Shown one piece after another: positions 18,620-30,500 of a stretch of DNA of 64,000 nucleotides. The notes under the pieces were generated by a model. That model did not search any database. It saw only the letters and a list, made by a program, of their open reading frames with translations, and was not told the DNA's origin. The DNA comes from Gammaproteobacteria bacterium (GTDB lineage: Bacteria; Pseudomonadota; Gammaproteobacteria; Steroidobacterales; Steroidobacteraceae), in contig JANYLH010000044.1 of assembly GCA_025357915.1 (NCBI GenBank), forward strand, positions 14,390 through 78,389, written 5' to 3'. Positions within the stretch are counted from its first letter, which is position 1. Each line of letters begins with the position of its first letter. The position numbers and the translations under genes were made by a program.

Positions 18620-20022
18620 AAGCCAGGTCACGGCGGCTGTTCGTGCTCGATACCAACGTGCTGATGCATGATCCGACCGCGATCTTCCGCTTCGCGGAAC
18701 ACGATATCTTCCTGCCAATGGTGGTGCTCGAGGAACTCGACGCCAACAAGAAGGGCATGTCGGAGGCCTCGCGCAATACGCGCCAGGCGAGCCGTTTCCT
18801 CGACGACATGATCCGCGGCGTCACCAAGGCGCAGATCGACGCCGGGCTGCCGATTCCCTCGGCACGCACCGACATTCACGGCAAGGAGCCGCCGGCGGGC
18901 CGGTTGTTCTTCCAGACCCGGAGCCTCGGCAACGGCCTGCCGGACAACCTCCCGGGCCACGGCGCCGACAACCTGATCCTCGGCCAGACCCTCACCCTGC
19001 AGAAGGAGCACCCGCAGACGCGCGTGGTGCTGGTCTCCAAGGACATCAACCTGCGCATCAAGGCAGCCGTGGTCGGCGTGCACGCCGAGGACTACTACAG
19101 CGACAAGACCATCGAAGACGCCGACGTGCTCTATACCGGCTGCGCGCGACTGCCGGCTGATTTCTGGGAACGCCACAGTGACAACATGCGCTCCTGGAAG
19201 GAAGCGGAGCGCACCTGGTACGAGATCAAGGGGCCCGCCGTGGCCGACTGGCATGTCAATGAATTCGTATTCGAAGACAGTGCGGCCGGCATCGAGGCCA
19301 TGGTGCGCAGGATGAACAACGGCGCGGCCACGCTCGAGCTGGTGCGCGATTTCCGCAGCGAACGCCACAGCGTCTGGGGCATCAGCGCGCGCAACCGCGA
19401 ACAGAATTTCGCGTTGAACCTGCTGATGGATCCGGACATCGACTGCGTGACCATCCTCGGGCCGGCGGGCACCGGCAAGACGCTGCTGGCGCTGGCCGCG
19501 GGCCTGGTGCAGACGCTGGAGCGCAACCGCTTCGCTGAAATAATCATGACGCGCGTGACCATTCCGCTGGGCGAGGACATCGGCTTCCTGCCCGGCACCG
19601 AAGAGGAAAAAATGGAACCCTGGATGGGCGCGCTGATGGACAATCTCGAGGTGCTGACGCGCAGCGAAGAAGGCGGCGCCTGGGGGCGCGCGGCCACCAA
19701 CGACCTGCTGCGCAACCGCATCAAGATACGCTCGATGAATTTCATGCGCGGCCGCACCTTCCTCAATCGCTTCATCATTGTCGACGAGGCGCAGAACCTC
19801 ACGCCCAAGCAGATGAAGGCGCTGATCACGCGCGCCGGGCCCGGCAGCAAGCTGATCGCGCTCGGCAACATCGCGCAGATCGACACGCCCTACCTGACCG
19901 AGACGACCTCGGGCCTGACCTACGTGGTCAACCGCTTCCGCGGCTGGCAGCACGCCGGCCACATCACCCTGCTGCGGGGCGAACGCTCGCGGCTGGCAGA
20001 CTTCGCCTCCGAGCAGCTGTAG
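18616..20022 (+). CDS. PIN-domain + PhoH-like ATPase (YlaK family)
   Basis: An N-terminal PIN domain (LFVLDTNVLMHDP...VVLEELD) and a PhoH Walker A (LGPAGTGKTLLALA). GTGA overlap with the bcp stop. Confidence 0.85.
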   Translation: MKARSRRLFVLDTNVLMHDPTAIFRFAEHDIFLPMVVLEELDANKKGMSEASRNTRQASRFLDDMIRGVTKAQIDAGLPIPSARTDIHGKEPPAGRLFFQTRSLGNGLPDNLPGHGADNLILGQTLTLQKEHPQTRVVLVSKDINLRIKAAVVGVHAEDYYSDKTIEDADVLYTGCARLPADFWERHSDNMRSWKEAERTWYEIKGPAVADWHVNEFVFEDSAAGIEAMVRRMNNGAATLELVRDFRSERHSVWGISARNREQNFALNLLMDPDIDCVTILGPAGTGKTLLALAAGLVQTLERNRFAEIIMTRVTIPLGEDIGFLPGTEEEKMEPWMGALMDNLEVLTRSEEGGAWGRAATNDLLRNRIKIRSMNFMRGRTFLNRFIIVDEAQNLTPKQMKALITRAGPGSKLIALGNIAQIDTPYLTETTSGLTYVVNRFRGWQHAGHITLLRGERSRLADFASEQL

Positions 20023-20061
20023 GCCCTGCAGGAACCCCGGCGCCGCTCCCCGGTCGAACCG

Positions 20062-21576
20062 TTGATGCCACTGCCCGCCCCGCCCCGATCCCCATCCCAC
20101 TGCCTGCGCCCGCTGGCCGCCACGCTTGCGGCCCTGTGCCTGACGCTGGTGGCGCATGCGGCCAGCGACCCCGGTGCGGTGGCGAGCGAGCTCCCGGACA
20201 TGGGTTCGCCCGAGAACGCGGTCCTCAGCAAGACCGACGAGTACCAGATCGGCCTGATGGCAATGCGCCAGCTGCGCGGACAGGACCTGATCCTCGAGGA
20301 TCCCGAGCTGACCGACTACATCCAGCATCTCGGTTCGCGCCTGGCCGCGCAGGCTCGTGACGACGACCAGAATTTCCAGTATTTCGTCATCCGCTCGAAC
20401 GACATCAACGCCTTTGCCACCTACGGCGGCTTCATCTGCGTCAACGCCGGGCTGATGCTGCTGACCGAGACCGAGTCCGACCTGGCCGGCGTGCTGGGCC
20501 ATGAGACCGCGCACGTGCGCCAGCGCCACATCGCCCGCTCGATCGTCGCGCAGAGCCGCATGTCACTGGGTACTACGGCGGCCATGTTGGCAGCGGTCCT
20601 GATAGGCGCCGCCAGCGGCGCCGGCGGCCAGGCGATGGAAGGCGCCATTGCCATGAGCCAGGGCATTGCCCTGCAGCAAAGCATGAATTTCACGCGCGGC
20701 GAGGAAGAGGAAGCCGACCGCGTCGGCATCGGCCTGCTCGCCGGCGCCGGCTTCAACACCATGGCGATGGCCAATTTCTTCGACGCCATGGGCCGGCGCG
20801 AGGGCCTGGCCGAGACCGCTGGGCCGCTGGACATGCTGCGCAGTCACCCGGTGACGCGCGACCGCATCGCCGAGGCCCGCACCCGCGCCGCGCACTACGC
20901 GAAGAGCCCGATCAACGAGTCGATCCTGTTCCCCTGGATGCGCGAGCGCCTGCGGGTGCTGGTGGCGCCCGGCGACAAGGACATGACGGTCTACTACGCG
21001 CAGCTGCGCGATCGCCGCGCGCTCAATGACCCGGAGCGCTACGGCGAAGCGCTGGCGCAGACACGCGGCGGCCAGGCGGAAGCCGCGGCCGCAACGCTGC
21101 GCGAGCTGCTGGCGAAGTACCCGCAGATCACCGCGCTGTACTCGGCGCTCGGGCAGGCGCTGCAGGCCGATCACCAGTCGGCGGCGGCGCTCGCCAATTT
21201 CGAGCGCGCCATGGGGCTGTTCCCGCGCAACGTACCGCTGGCCGTGCGCTACGCCGACACGCTGATGCAGACCGGGCAAGCCAGGGCGGCCCACGTCCTG
21301 CTGCTGGACGTATTCAACAACACCCAACCAACACCGGAGCAGATCCGCCTGACCGCGCTCGCGGCCAGCGCCGCGGGGGACACCGGCGATGCCTCCTACT
21401 ATATGTCCGAGTATCACATCAGCAATGGCGACCTGCCGCTGGCCAACCAGCAGCTGGAACTGGCGCTCGCCTCGCCCAACCTCACCTCCGTGCAGCGCCA
21501 GCGCTTTCGGGCCCGGCTCGATGAGATCCGCGAGTGGATGCGCGAACAGCGCCTGTCGCGCACCGATACGCAATGA
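20062..21576 (+). CDS. bepA: M48 family periplasmic metalloprotease with TPR domain (BepA/YfgC-like)
   Basis: A signal peptide, a HETAHV zinc motif, and C-terminal TPR-like repeats. Length 504 aa. Confidence 0.85.
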   Translation: MMPLPAPPRSPSHCLRPLAATLAALCLTLVAHAASDPGAVASELPDMGSPENAVLSKTDEYQIGLMAMRQLRGQDLILEDPELTDYIQHLGSRLAAQARDDDQNFQYFVIRSNDINAFATYGGFICVNAGLMLLTETESDLAGVLGHETAHVRQRHIARSIVAQSRMSLGTTAAMLAAVLIGAASGAGGQAMEGAIAMSQGIALQQSMNFTRGEEEEADRVGIGLLAGAGFNTMAMANFFDAMGRREGLAETAGPLDMLRSHPVTRDRIAEARTRAAHYAKSPINESILFPWMRERLRVLVAPGDKDMTVYYAQLRDRRALNDPERYGEALAQTRGGQAEAAAATLRELLAKYPQITALYSALGQALQADHQSAAALANFERAMGLFPRNVPLAVRYADTLMQTGQARAAHVLLLDVFNNTQPTPEQIRLTALAASAAGDTGDASYYMSEYHISNGDLPLANQQLELALASPNLTSVQRQRFRARLDEIREWMREQRLSRTDTQ

Positions 21577-21636
21577 GCCCGATATGCAATGACCTTACAA
21601 CCGGACTACCGCGGCCAGCGCTGTTAGAATAGACCC

Positions 21637-22383
21637 ATGAAATTCCGCAATCTTGCCGCGGCCTGGGCCGCGGTTTTCGTTTTGGCCGGCTGCGCCACGC
21701 TGCCTGCCGGTCCGCGCGACGCGCACGACCCGCTCGAGCGAGTCAATCGCAGTGTATTCCGCTTCAATACCGCCGCCGACCACGCGGTCTTCCGTCCAGC
21801 CGCCACGGCCTGGCGCGCGGTCGTGCCGCCCCCGGTACGCCAGGGCCTCGGCAACTTCGTCGGCAACCTCGAGTACCCGGTGACCATCGTCAACGATGTC
21901 CTGCAGGGGAAACTCACTGACGGCGGGAAGGATGTCATGCGCCTGCTCGTCAACAGCATATTCGGCCTCGGTTTCTTTGATCCGGCGACGCACGCCGGCC
22001 TGGCGCGGCATAACGAGGATTTCGGCCAGACGCTCGGCAAGTGGGGGATGCCGGCCGGGCCCTACCTGATGCTGCCGTTGTTGGGCCCCTCAACCCTGCG
22101 CGACGCGCCGGCCAAGCTCGCCGACGAATACGCAAACGGCCGCCACTACCTGCAGGACCCGTACCTGCGCTGGGGCCTGTGGACCACCGACAAGCTGGAG
22201 AAGCGCGCCAGCCTCCTGGATGCCGACGCCATGCTCGAGCGCGCCTACGACCCCTATGCCTTTGTGCGCAACGCCTGGCTGCAGCGGCGCGAGTACCAGG
22301 TGCGGGACGGCGCGGTCGACGAACCCGCAGCGGACATGGGCGCCGACGCGCCCCTCGACCCTGACCCGGCAGGCGGCGGCTAG
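21637..22383 (+). CDS. mlaA: outer-membrane lipid asymmetry lipoprotein MlaA/VacJ
   Basis: A lipobox (VLAGC) and DPLERVNRSVFRFN...GPYLMLPLLGPST, which are MlaA signatures. Confidence 0.85.
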   Translation: MKFRNLAAAWAAVFVLAGCATLPAGPRDAHDPLERVNRSVFRFNTAADHAVFRPAATAWRAVVPPPVRQGLGNFVGNLEYPVTIVNDVLQGKLTDGGKDVMRLLVNSIFGLGFFDPATHAGLARHNEDFGQTLGKWGMPAGPYLMLPLLGPSTLRDAPAKLADEYANGRHYLQDPYLRWGLWTTDKLEKRASLLDADAMLERAYDPYAFVRNAWLQRREYQVRDGAVDEPAADMGADAPLDPDPAGGG

Positions 22384-22685
22384 CGACCGGTCAGCAGGTC
22401 CTCCACATCGCTAAGCCGCGCCAGCGCCAGCAGCGCAGCGGGGAGCGCGGTGAATTTCATCCCGCGCCCTGCCATGTGCGCCCACGCCAGCCAGTCCACC
22501 AGCAACGCCAGAGCGCCGCTGTCGGCGCGCTCGACGGCGCCGAGGTCCACCTCGATGGCGCCGGAACTGTCGCCAAAGGCGCGCAGGCCCTGCTCGCGCA
22601 GCGCCGTGACGGTGCCCAGCACGAGCGAGCCGGCAAGGCTGAAGCGCCCGTTGCCCTCGTCACGCAAGGCGCCCGCAACCGTCAT
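22380..22685 (-). CDS. mlaB: STAS-domain protein MlaB
   Basis: A 101-aa STAS-like protein at the end of the mlaFEDC string, overlapping mlaC by 4 nt. Confidence 0.7.
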   Translation of the reverse strand: MTVAGALRDEGNGRFSLAGSLVLGTVTALREQGLRAFGDSSGAIEVDLGAVERADSGALALLVDWLAWAHMAGRGMKFTALPAALLALARLSDVEDLLTGR

Positions 22686-23353
22686 TTGCCGCCGCTCTGC
22701 TTCTCGAGCCTGCCGATGAGCGCGTCCACGCCGCGCGCCTCGATCTCGGCGCTGAAATCGTCGCGGAAGCTCTTTACGTAGCTGATGCCCTCGATGATGA
22801 CATCCCAGGCCATCCAGCCCTTTGCCGTGCGGTGCAGGCTGTAGTTCACCGCCACCAGGGTGCCGTCGTTCTTGCGCACCTGGGTACGCACCGTGGCATT
22901 GGTCGCCGCGGCATCGCCCTTATAGGGCAGCACCTTGAGGCGTTCGCCCGTGAAATCGAGCAGCGCCGTGCCATAGTTGTTGAGCAAGGAGTGATAGAAC
23001 GCGGCCACGAAGCGCTGGCGCTGCTCAGGGCTCGAATTGTTCCAATGCCGGCCCAGCACCAGCCGTCCGGAATAATCCGTATCGAAATGCGGCAGCAGCA
23101 CACGATCGACCAGCGCGTTCATCTTCGCCGGATCCTGCCGGTACTCGGCGCGGTGCGCGTCGAGCTCGCGCAGGATGGCCTGCGCGACCGTATCGATCAG
23201 TCGCCCCGGATCGGTGCCGACCACGACGACCGCCGCGGTCGCGGTCGCGGACGCGGGCGCAGGAGCAGGCGGTTGCGCGTGCGCCGAACCAGTTGCCAAC
23301 AGCGGCAGCACCAGCGCAACCAGTGCTGCCGTAAACGGATTATTGCTTTGCAT
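22682..23353 (-). CDS. mlaC: phospholipid-binding periplasmic protein MlaC (Ttg2D)
   Basis: A signal peptide and Tol-tolerance family motifs (LLPHFDTDYSGRLVLGRHW, FYHSLLNNY, WMAWDVIIEGIS). Start taken at the internal ATG. Confidence 0.85.
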   Translation of the reverse strand: MQSNNPFTAALVALVLPLLATGSAHAQPPAPAPASATATAAVVVVGTDPGRLIDTVAQAILRELDAHRAEYRQDPAKMNALVDRVLLPHFDTDYSGRLVLGRHWNNSSPEQRQRFVAAFYHSLLNNYGTALLDFTGERLKVLPYKGDAAATNATVRTQVRKNDGTLVAVNYSLHRTAKGWMAWDVIIEGISYVKSFRDDFSAEIEARGVDALIGRLEKQSGGK

Positions 23354-23831
23354 CGCCGTCCTTCTTGCCGGCAAAGCCGGCGAACATCTTGTTGACCAGG
23401 TTTTCGAGTACCAGCGCCGACTGCGTCACCTGGATCTCCGTGCCGTTGGCCAGGTAAGCACTGGAACCGCCGGCACCAAGGCCGACGTACTTGGCGCCGA
23501 GCAGGCCCGAGGTCTGGATCGCCGCGTCGCTGTCGTCGGGAATCTGGTTGTAGCGCCGCTCAATGGCGAGCGTGACCACGGCCTTGAAATCGCCCGGGTC
23601 GAAGGCTACCGCGGTAACGCGCCCGATACGCACGCCCGCCATGGTCACCGGCGCCCCAACCTTCAGGTCGCCCACGTTGTCGAAGCGGGCCATCACCTGG
23701 TAGCTGTCGGCGGCGCGATTCAGGCGCATGCCGCTGGCGGGCAGCTGGGTGGTGAGAAACCCCAGCGCCGCGAATCCCAACAGCACAAAAAGCCCGGTGC
23801 CGATCTCCAGGCTGCGGCTCGTAGTGTTCAT
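23340..23831 (-). CDS. mlaD: MCE-domain protein MlaD
   Basis: An N-terminal TM followed by an MCE domain (FDNVGDLKVGAPVTMAGVRIGRV). Confidence 0.9.
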   Translation of the reverse strand: MNTTSRSLEIGTGLFVLLGFAALGFLTTQLPASGMRLNRAADSYQVMARFDNVGDLKVGAPVTMAGVRIGRVTAVAFDPGDFKAVVTLAIERRYNQIPDDSDAAIQTSGLLGAKYVGLGAGGSSAYLANGTEIQVTQSALVLENLVNKMFAGFAGKKDGDAKQ

Positions 23832-23850
23832 GGTCGTCAGATGCTCCTCA

Positions 23851-24606
23851 TCATGAATGCAAGAATGCCGCGGTCAGCATGTAGTCGAGCAGCAGCGTCA
23901 GTACTGCCGAACTCACCACCGTCCGCGTCGTCGCCAGACCAACGCCCTCGGCGGTGGGCTCGGCATGGTAACCCTCATAGACCGCCATCAGGCTGCAGGC
24001 CACGCCGAAACACATGCTCTTGATCAGGCCCTCGTTGATGTCGCCAAGTTCCACGTTGCTCTGCATCTGTGACCAGAAGGAACCGGACTCAACGCCGATC
24101 AAGCCGACGCCGATCAGCTGGGCGCCGAATATGCCGATGACGTTGAAGATCGCGACCAGCAGTGGCATGGCGATGATGCCGCCGAGGAACCGCGGCGCGA
24201 CCACGCGTCGCACCGGGTCGACCGCCATCATTTCCATGGCCGTTAGCTGGTCGGTCGCGCGCATCAGGCCGATCTCAGAAGTCAGCGAAGTGCCGGCGCG
24301 GCCGGCAAACAGGAGCGCGGTGATGACCGGCCCCAGCTCGCGGACCAGCCCCAGGGCTGCGGCGACGCCGAGTGCCGACTCGGAGCCGAAGCGCTGCAGC
24401 AGGTCGTACCCCTGGAGCCCGAGCACCATGCCGACGAACAGGCCGCAGAGCATGACGATGATCAGCGAGCGCGCGCCGGCATTGTAGATCTGCAGCACCA
24501 GCAGCCGCGGTTGGCGGAGCGAGGGCAGGCACTGAGCGAGTACGCGCACCAGGAACAGGGCCACCCGGCCCATGCGCAACATCGCCCTGCCGAGCGCGGT
24601 GTTCAC
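23851..24606 (-). CDS. mlaE: ABC transporter permease MlaE
   Basis: A 251-aa polytopic permease with LVRELGPVITALLFAGRAGTSLTSEIGLM. Confidence 0.9.
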   Translation of the reverse strand: MNTALGRAMLRMGRVALFLVRVLAQCLPSLRQPRLLVLQIYNAGARSLIIVMLCGLFVGMVLGLQGYDLLQRFGSESALGVAAALGLVRELGPVITALLFAGRAGTSLTSEIGLMRATDQLTAMEMMAVDPVRRVVAPRFLGGIIAMPLLVAIFNVIGIFGAQLIGVGLIGVESGSFWSQMQSNVELGDINEGLIKSMCFGVACSLMAVYEGYHAEPTAEGVGLATTRTVVSSAVLTLLLDYMLTAAFLHS

Positions 24607-25421
24607 TGGCCCGGCTCCAGCAACTGCACGCGATAGTCGGGCGCCGGCACGTGGAAGGGCACCGGGCCATCGGGGAGCCCCTTCAGGAACTGGTTGACCG
24701 CCGGCGCCGTCGTCGCGCGCAGTTCGGCGGGAGTCCCCGCCGCGGCTGCGCGACCACCGGCCAGCAGGTAACTGTGATGGGCGATGCGGCTGATCTCCTC
24801 GACGTCATGCGTGACTACGATGCTGGTGATGCCGAGCGTAGAGTTGAGCGTCTCGATCAGCCGCAGGATCACGCCCAGCGAAATCGGGTCGAGGCCGACA
24901 AAGGGCTCGTCGTAGATCAGCAGTTCCGGGTCCATGGCGATTGCCCGCGCCAGAGCCACACGCCGCGCCATGCCGCCCGACAGCGCAGCGGTGGACATCT
25001 GCGCGGCTCCACGCAGGCCGACCGCCTGCAGCTTCATGAGTACCAGGCGGCGCAGGAGCGGTTCAGGCAGGCGCATATGCGCCCGCAGCGGGAAGGCAAC
25101 ATTCTCGAACACCGACAAATCGCTCATCAGCGCGCCGTTCTGGAACAGCATGCCTATACGGCGGCGCAAGCTATAGAGTGCAGGTCGCCGCAGTTGCGCC
25201 ACCTCCTCGCCGAACACGCTGATCTGGCCGGCGTCCGGCCGGATGGCGCCCATCAGCAGCCGCAAGAGCGTGGTCTTGCCCGTGCCGCTCGGCCCCATCA
25301 CCGCGGTGATCTGTCCGCGCCGCGCCGTCAGGTTCAGGCCATCGAAGATGCTGCGCCCGCCAATCGCGTAGCACACATCCCGCACCTCAACCACGGCGTC
25401 AGCCCCCAGGGGTAAACCCAT
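24603..25421 (-). CDS. mlaF: ABC transporter ATP-binding protein MlaF
   Basis: Walker A (GPSGTGKTT), signature (LSGGMARRVALARA) and Walker B (LIYDEPF). The ATG at 25421 gives about 272 aa and shares 1 nt with the fba stop. Confidence 0.9.
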   Translation of the reverse strand: MGLPLGADAVVEVRDVCYAIGGRSIFDGLNLTARRGQITAVMGPSGTGKTTLLRLLMGAIRPDAGQISVFGEEVAQLRRPALYSLRRRIGMLFQNGALMSDLSVFENVAFPLRAHMRLPEPLLRRLVLMKLQAVGLRGAAQMSTAALSGGMARRVALARAIAMDPELLIYDEPFVGLDPISLGVILRLIETLNSTLGITSIVVTHDVEEISRIAHHSYLLAGGRAAAAGTPAELRATTAPAVNQFLKGLPDGPVPFHVPAPDYRVQLLEPGQ

Positions 25422-26443
25422 CAGGCGGCCTGCGCTTCCATCCCCGGCTTGAAGCGGCCAGCGCGGGCCAGGCCATTGAGCCGCGCCCACTTGCCGAATT
25501 CACGCTGCCCGGCGGCCACGCCGCCGGGTTTCCCTCCCCAGCCGGTCAGCGCCGTGTCCTGCAGGGCACGCCCGTAGCTGAAGGTGAGCTGCCAGGGAAG
25601 AGTGCCCATGGCGTTCATCAGCGAGAGGTGCAGGCTCGCCTCGGCCGGCGACTGGCCGCCGGAGAGGAAAGCGATGCCGGGCACGGCGCCCGGAACGTGC
25701 CGCTTGAGGCAGCGTACGGTCGCGGCCGCCACCAGCTCGGGCGAGGCCCGCTGTGCGCACTTCTTGCCCGAGATAACCATGTTGGGTTTGAGGATCATGC
25801 CTTCCAGGTGAACGCGGTGGCCGTCGAGCTGCTGGAACACTTCGGCCAGCACGGCGTTGGTGACTTCTTCGCAGCGCTCAAGCGTATGGCTGCCATCCAT
25901 CAGCACCTCAGGTTCGACGATCGGCACGATGTTTTGTTCCTGGCAAAGTGCCGCATAACGAGCCAGGGCCTGCGCGTTGGCGTGGATCGCGTAGCGGGTC
26001 GGGAAGCCTTGGCCGATGTCGATGACGCCGCGCCACTTGGCAAAGCGGGCACCGAGCTGGTAATACTCCATGAGCCGCTCGCGCAGGCCGTCCAGTCCTT
26101 CGGTGATCGTCTCGTTCGGGAACGCCGCCAGCGGCTTGGCACCCGTGTCGACCTTGATGCCGGGCACCACGCCGAGCTTCGCCAGGTACTCGGGGAACGG
26201 CACGCCTTTGCTGGTCTTCTGCCGCAGCGTCTCGTCATAGAAGATGACGCCGCTGATCGACTGCGCCATGTCCGGCGTGGTGAACAACAATTCGCGGTAG
26301 GCGCGGCGGGATTCTTCCGTGGATTCCAGGCCGATCTTGTCAAAACGCTTCTTGATCGTGCCCGAACTCTCGTCAGCGGCCAGGATGCCCTTGCCTGTGG
26401 CAACCATGGCGGCCGCCACGCTCTCCAGATCTGCGAAACTCAT
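25421..26443 (-). CDS. fba: fructose-bisphosphate aldolase, class I
   Basis: GKGILAADESSGTIKKRF...the Schiff-base Lys context (LEGMILKPNMV)...AFLSGGQS. Length 340 aa. Confidence 0.9.
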   Translation of the reverse strand: MSFADLESVAAAMVATGKGILAADESSGTIKKRFDKIGLESTEESRRAYRELLFTTPDMAQSISGVIFYDETLRQKTSKGVPFPEYLAKLGVVPGIKVDTGAKPLAAFPNETITEGLDGLRERLMEYYQLGARFAKWRGVIDIGQGFPTRYAIHANAQALARYAALCQEQNIVPIVEPEVLMDGSHTLERCEEVTNAVLAEVFQQLDGHRVHLEGMILKPNMVISGKKCAQRASPELVAAATVRCLKRHVPGAVPGIAFLSGGQSPAEASLHLSLMNAMGTLPWQLTFSYGRALQDTALTGWGGKPGGVAAGQREFGKWARLNGLARAGRFKPGMEAQAA

Positions 26444-26507
26444 GCGCCTACCTCCAAAAAAGGGGCGGCAAGCATAGCAAAGCCGGGCCCTGCCCCTTTA
26501 AGTGAAA

Positions 26508-26538
26508 CTGATATAGGACTAAACTAGTCCTATATCAG
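26508..26538. promoter_or_regulatory. perfect 14-bp inverted repeat (3-bp spacer), candidate Rrf2 operator of the suf operon
   Basis: CTGATATAGGACTA-AAC-TAGTCCTATATCAG. It is AT-rich in a GC-rich genome. It ends at the AGGAG ribosome-binding site, 9 nt before the Rrf2 ATG. Confidence 0.5.
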
Positions 26539-26546
26539 GAGTGCCC

Positions 26547-27010
26547 ATGCTGCGCATCAGCAAGATGACCGATTACGCAACCGTGCTGCTGGCGCGCCTG
26601 GCAGCCGCGCCCGAGCGGCAATTGACGGCTGCCCAGCTATCGGCCGTGACCCACCTGGCCGCACCCACCGTCAGCAAGGTGCTCAAGCAGTTGCACCGGC
26701 GCGGGCTGGTCAGCTCCACCCTCGGCCTGCGCGGCGGGTATCGGCTGGCGCGCCCGGCCGCCCAGATCACGGCCGCGCAGATTCTCGACGCGCTCGAGGG
26801 GCCCATGGCCCTGATCGAGTGCGCGAGTCACAGCCACCAATGCAGCATCGAGAGTACCTGTGGCGTGGGCCGCGCCTGGCAGCGCGTCAACCTGGCGATC
26901 CATCGCTCGCTGCAGGAAATCACCCTGGTGGAACTGGCGGGCCTGGGCGGCGAGCCGGTGCGCTTCGCGGCGCTCGAGCGCGCGCTGCGCGGCGGCCGTG
27001 CGGAACGCGC

Positions 27011-27014
<4 letters not shown>
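26547..27014 (+). CDS. Rrf2 family (SUF/IscR-type) Fe-S cluster assembly regulator
   Basis: [15 protein letters not shown] is an Rrf2 N-terminal HTH. Three clustered Cys follow ([14 protein letters not shown]). It is first in the suf operon, with ATGA overlap with sufB. Confidence 0.85.
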
Positions 27015-29219
<2,205 letters not shown>

Positions 29220-29223
<4 letters not shown>

Positions 29224-30500
29224 GCGCGCTCGAGCGGCTGCTGGGTGAGTTCGAGGCGCAGCCGGCGCCAGCCGGCGCGCGCCTTGCGGCCGCGCAGGCA
29301 CTGCGCACGCATGGCCTGCCGACGCGCCGCGAGGAGAACTGGCGCTATGCCAACTTGCGCGCGCTGGAGGGCGTAGCCCGCTTCCTTCCAGCCGCGCCGC
29401 CGGCGCCCGGCACCCGCCTCCCGCCCCTGCCCGAAGCGCTCGCGGGCTACACCAGGCTGGTGTTCGTCGACGGCCGTCTAACTACCGCATGGCCGCAGCC
29501 GGACGCAGCGCAGATCACGCGCCTGCCGATGGATGCCGCGGTGGCCGGCGATGCCGCAGCCACAATGTTCGAGACCACAGGCGACGGACGCATGGGCCTG
29601 ATCGCGCGCCTGTTTGCGCCCGACCCGCTCTCGCTGCGGATTGCCGGACCCGCCGCGCTGGAACTCATCTTTGTTACCACTTCCGGCGCGGCCGGATCCT
29701 ACGCCGAAATCGCCATCGAAATTGCCACTGGCGCGCAGGTGGCGCTGGTCGAGCGTCACCTCGGTTGTGCCGCGGCCACGCTGCCGCCGGAGGCGCCGGC
29801 CTCCCTGAACTGCAGCAACCTGCGGCTGCGGCTGGCCGCGGACGCGCAGCTCCGGCATACGCGCCTGCAGCAGGCGGCCGGGAATGCACTGCACTACCAC
29901 ACGCTGTCGGCGAGCCTTGGCGATCGCGGCAGCTACTCGCTGGCGCATATTTCCGCAGGCGACGGGAGCGATCGCAGCAGCGCCCAGATCCGGCTGCAGG
30001 GGCGCGAGGCGACCGTGCGAATCCGCGCGCTGGCGGCGGCGTGCGACAGCGGCATTGCGGACGCCCAGTTCACGGTGCTCCACGAGGCGCCGGGCACTCG
30101 GAGCGATCAGCTGTTCCGCGGCATCGCCAGCGACCGCGCCCACATTTCCTGCAGCGCCGATGTGCAGGTGCTGCCGGGCGCCCCGGGCTCGCGCGTACTG
30201 CAATCGCTCCGCGGCCTGATCGACGGCAAGGGCGCCGAAGTGAACCTGCGCCCGCGCCTGACCATCGACACCGACGACATCCAGGCCGCGCACGGCGCCA
30301 CCACCGGCCGGCTCGATGAGGACCTGCTCTTCTACCTGCTGTCGCGCGGCCTTGAGCCCGCGGCGGCGCGCTCGCTGCTGAAGTGGGCGTTCCTGGGCGA
30401 GGCCTTTGGCGCGATCGAACCGCCGGCCCTGCGCCGGGCGGCGGAATTGGCGGCCGCGGCGCGCCTCAGCGACGCGCCCGCGACGGAGTTGCTACAGTGA
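29220..30500 (+). CDS. sufD: Fe-S cluster assembly protein SufD
   Basis: Its position is between sufC and sufS. The C-terminal SufB/D beta-helix region (LTIDTDDIQAAHGATTGRLDEDLLFYLLSRG) is present. Confidence 0.9.

Noticed and set aside
18628-20529. 633-aa minus-strand ORF
   Set aside because: It is a shadow ORF antisense to the PhoH/PIN and BepA-like genes. It has extreme Arg/Ala/Gly/His content and no motifs, as is typical of high-GC genomes.
26453-26500. Hairpin AAAGGGGC...GCCCCTTT in the fba/Rrf2 divergent region
   Set aside because: The stem encloses a long, poorly paired loop. It lies in a promoter/5'-UTR region where a terminator makes no sense. It is probably fortuitous or a minor 5'-UTR structure.
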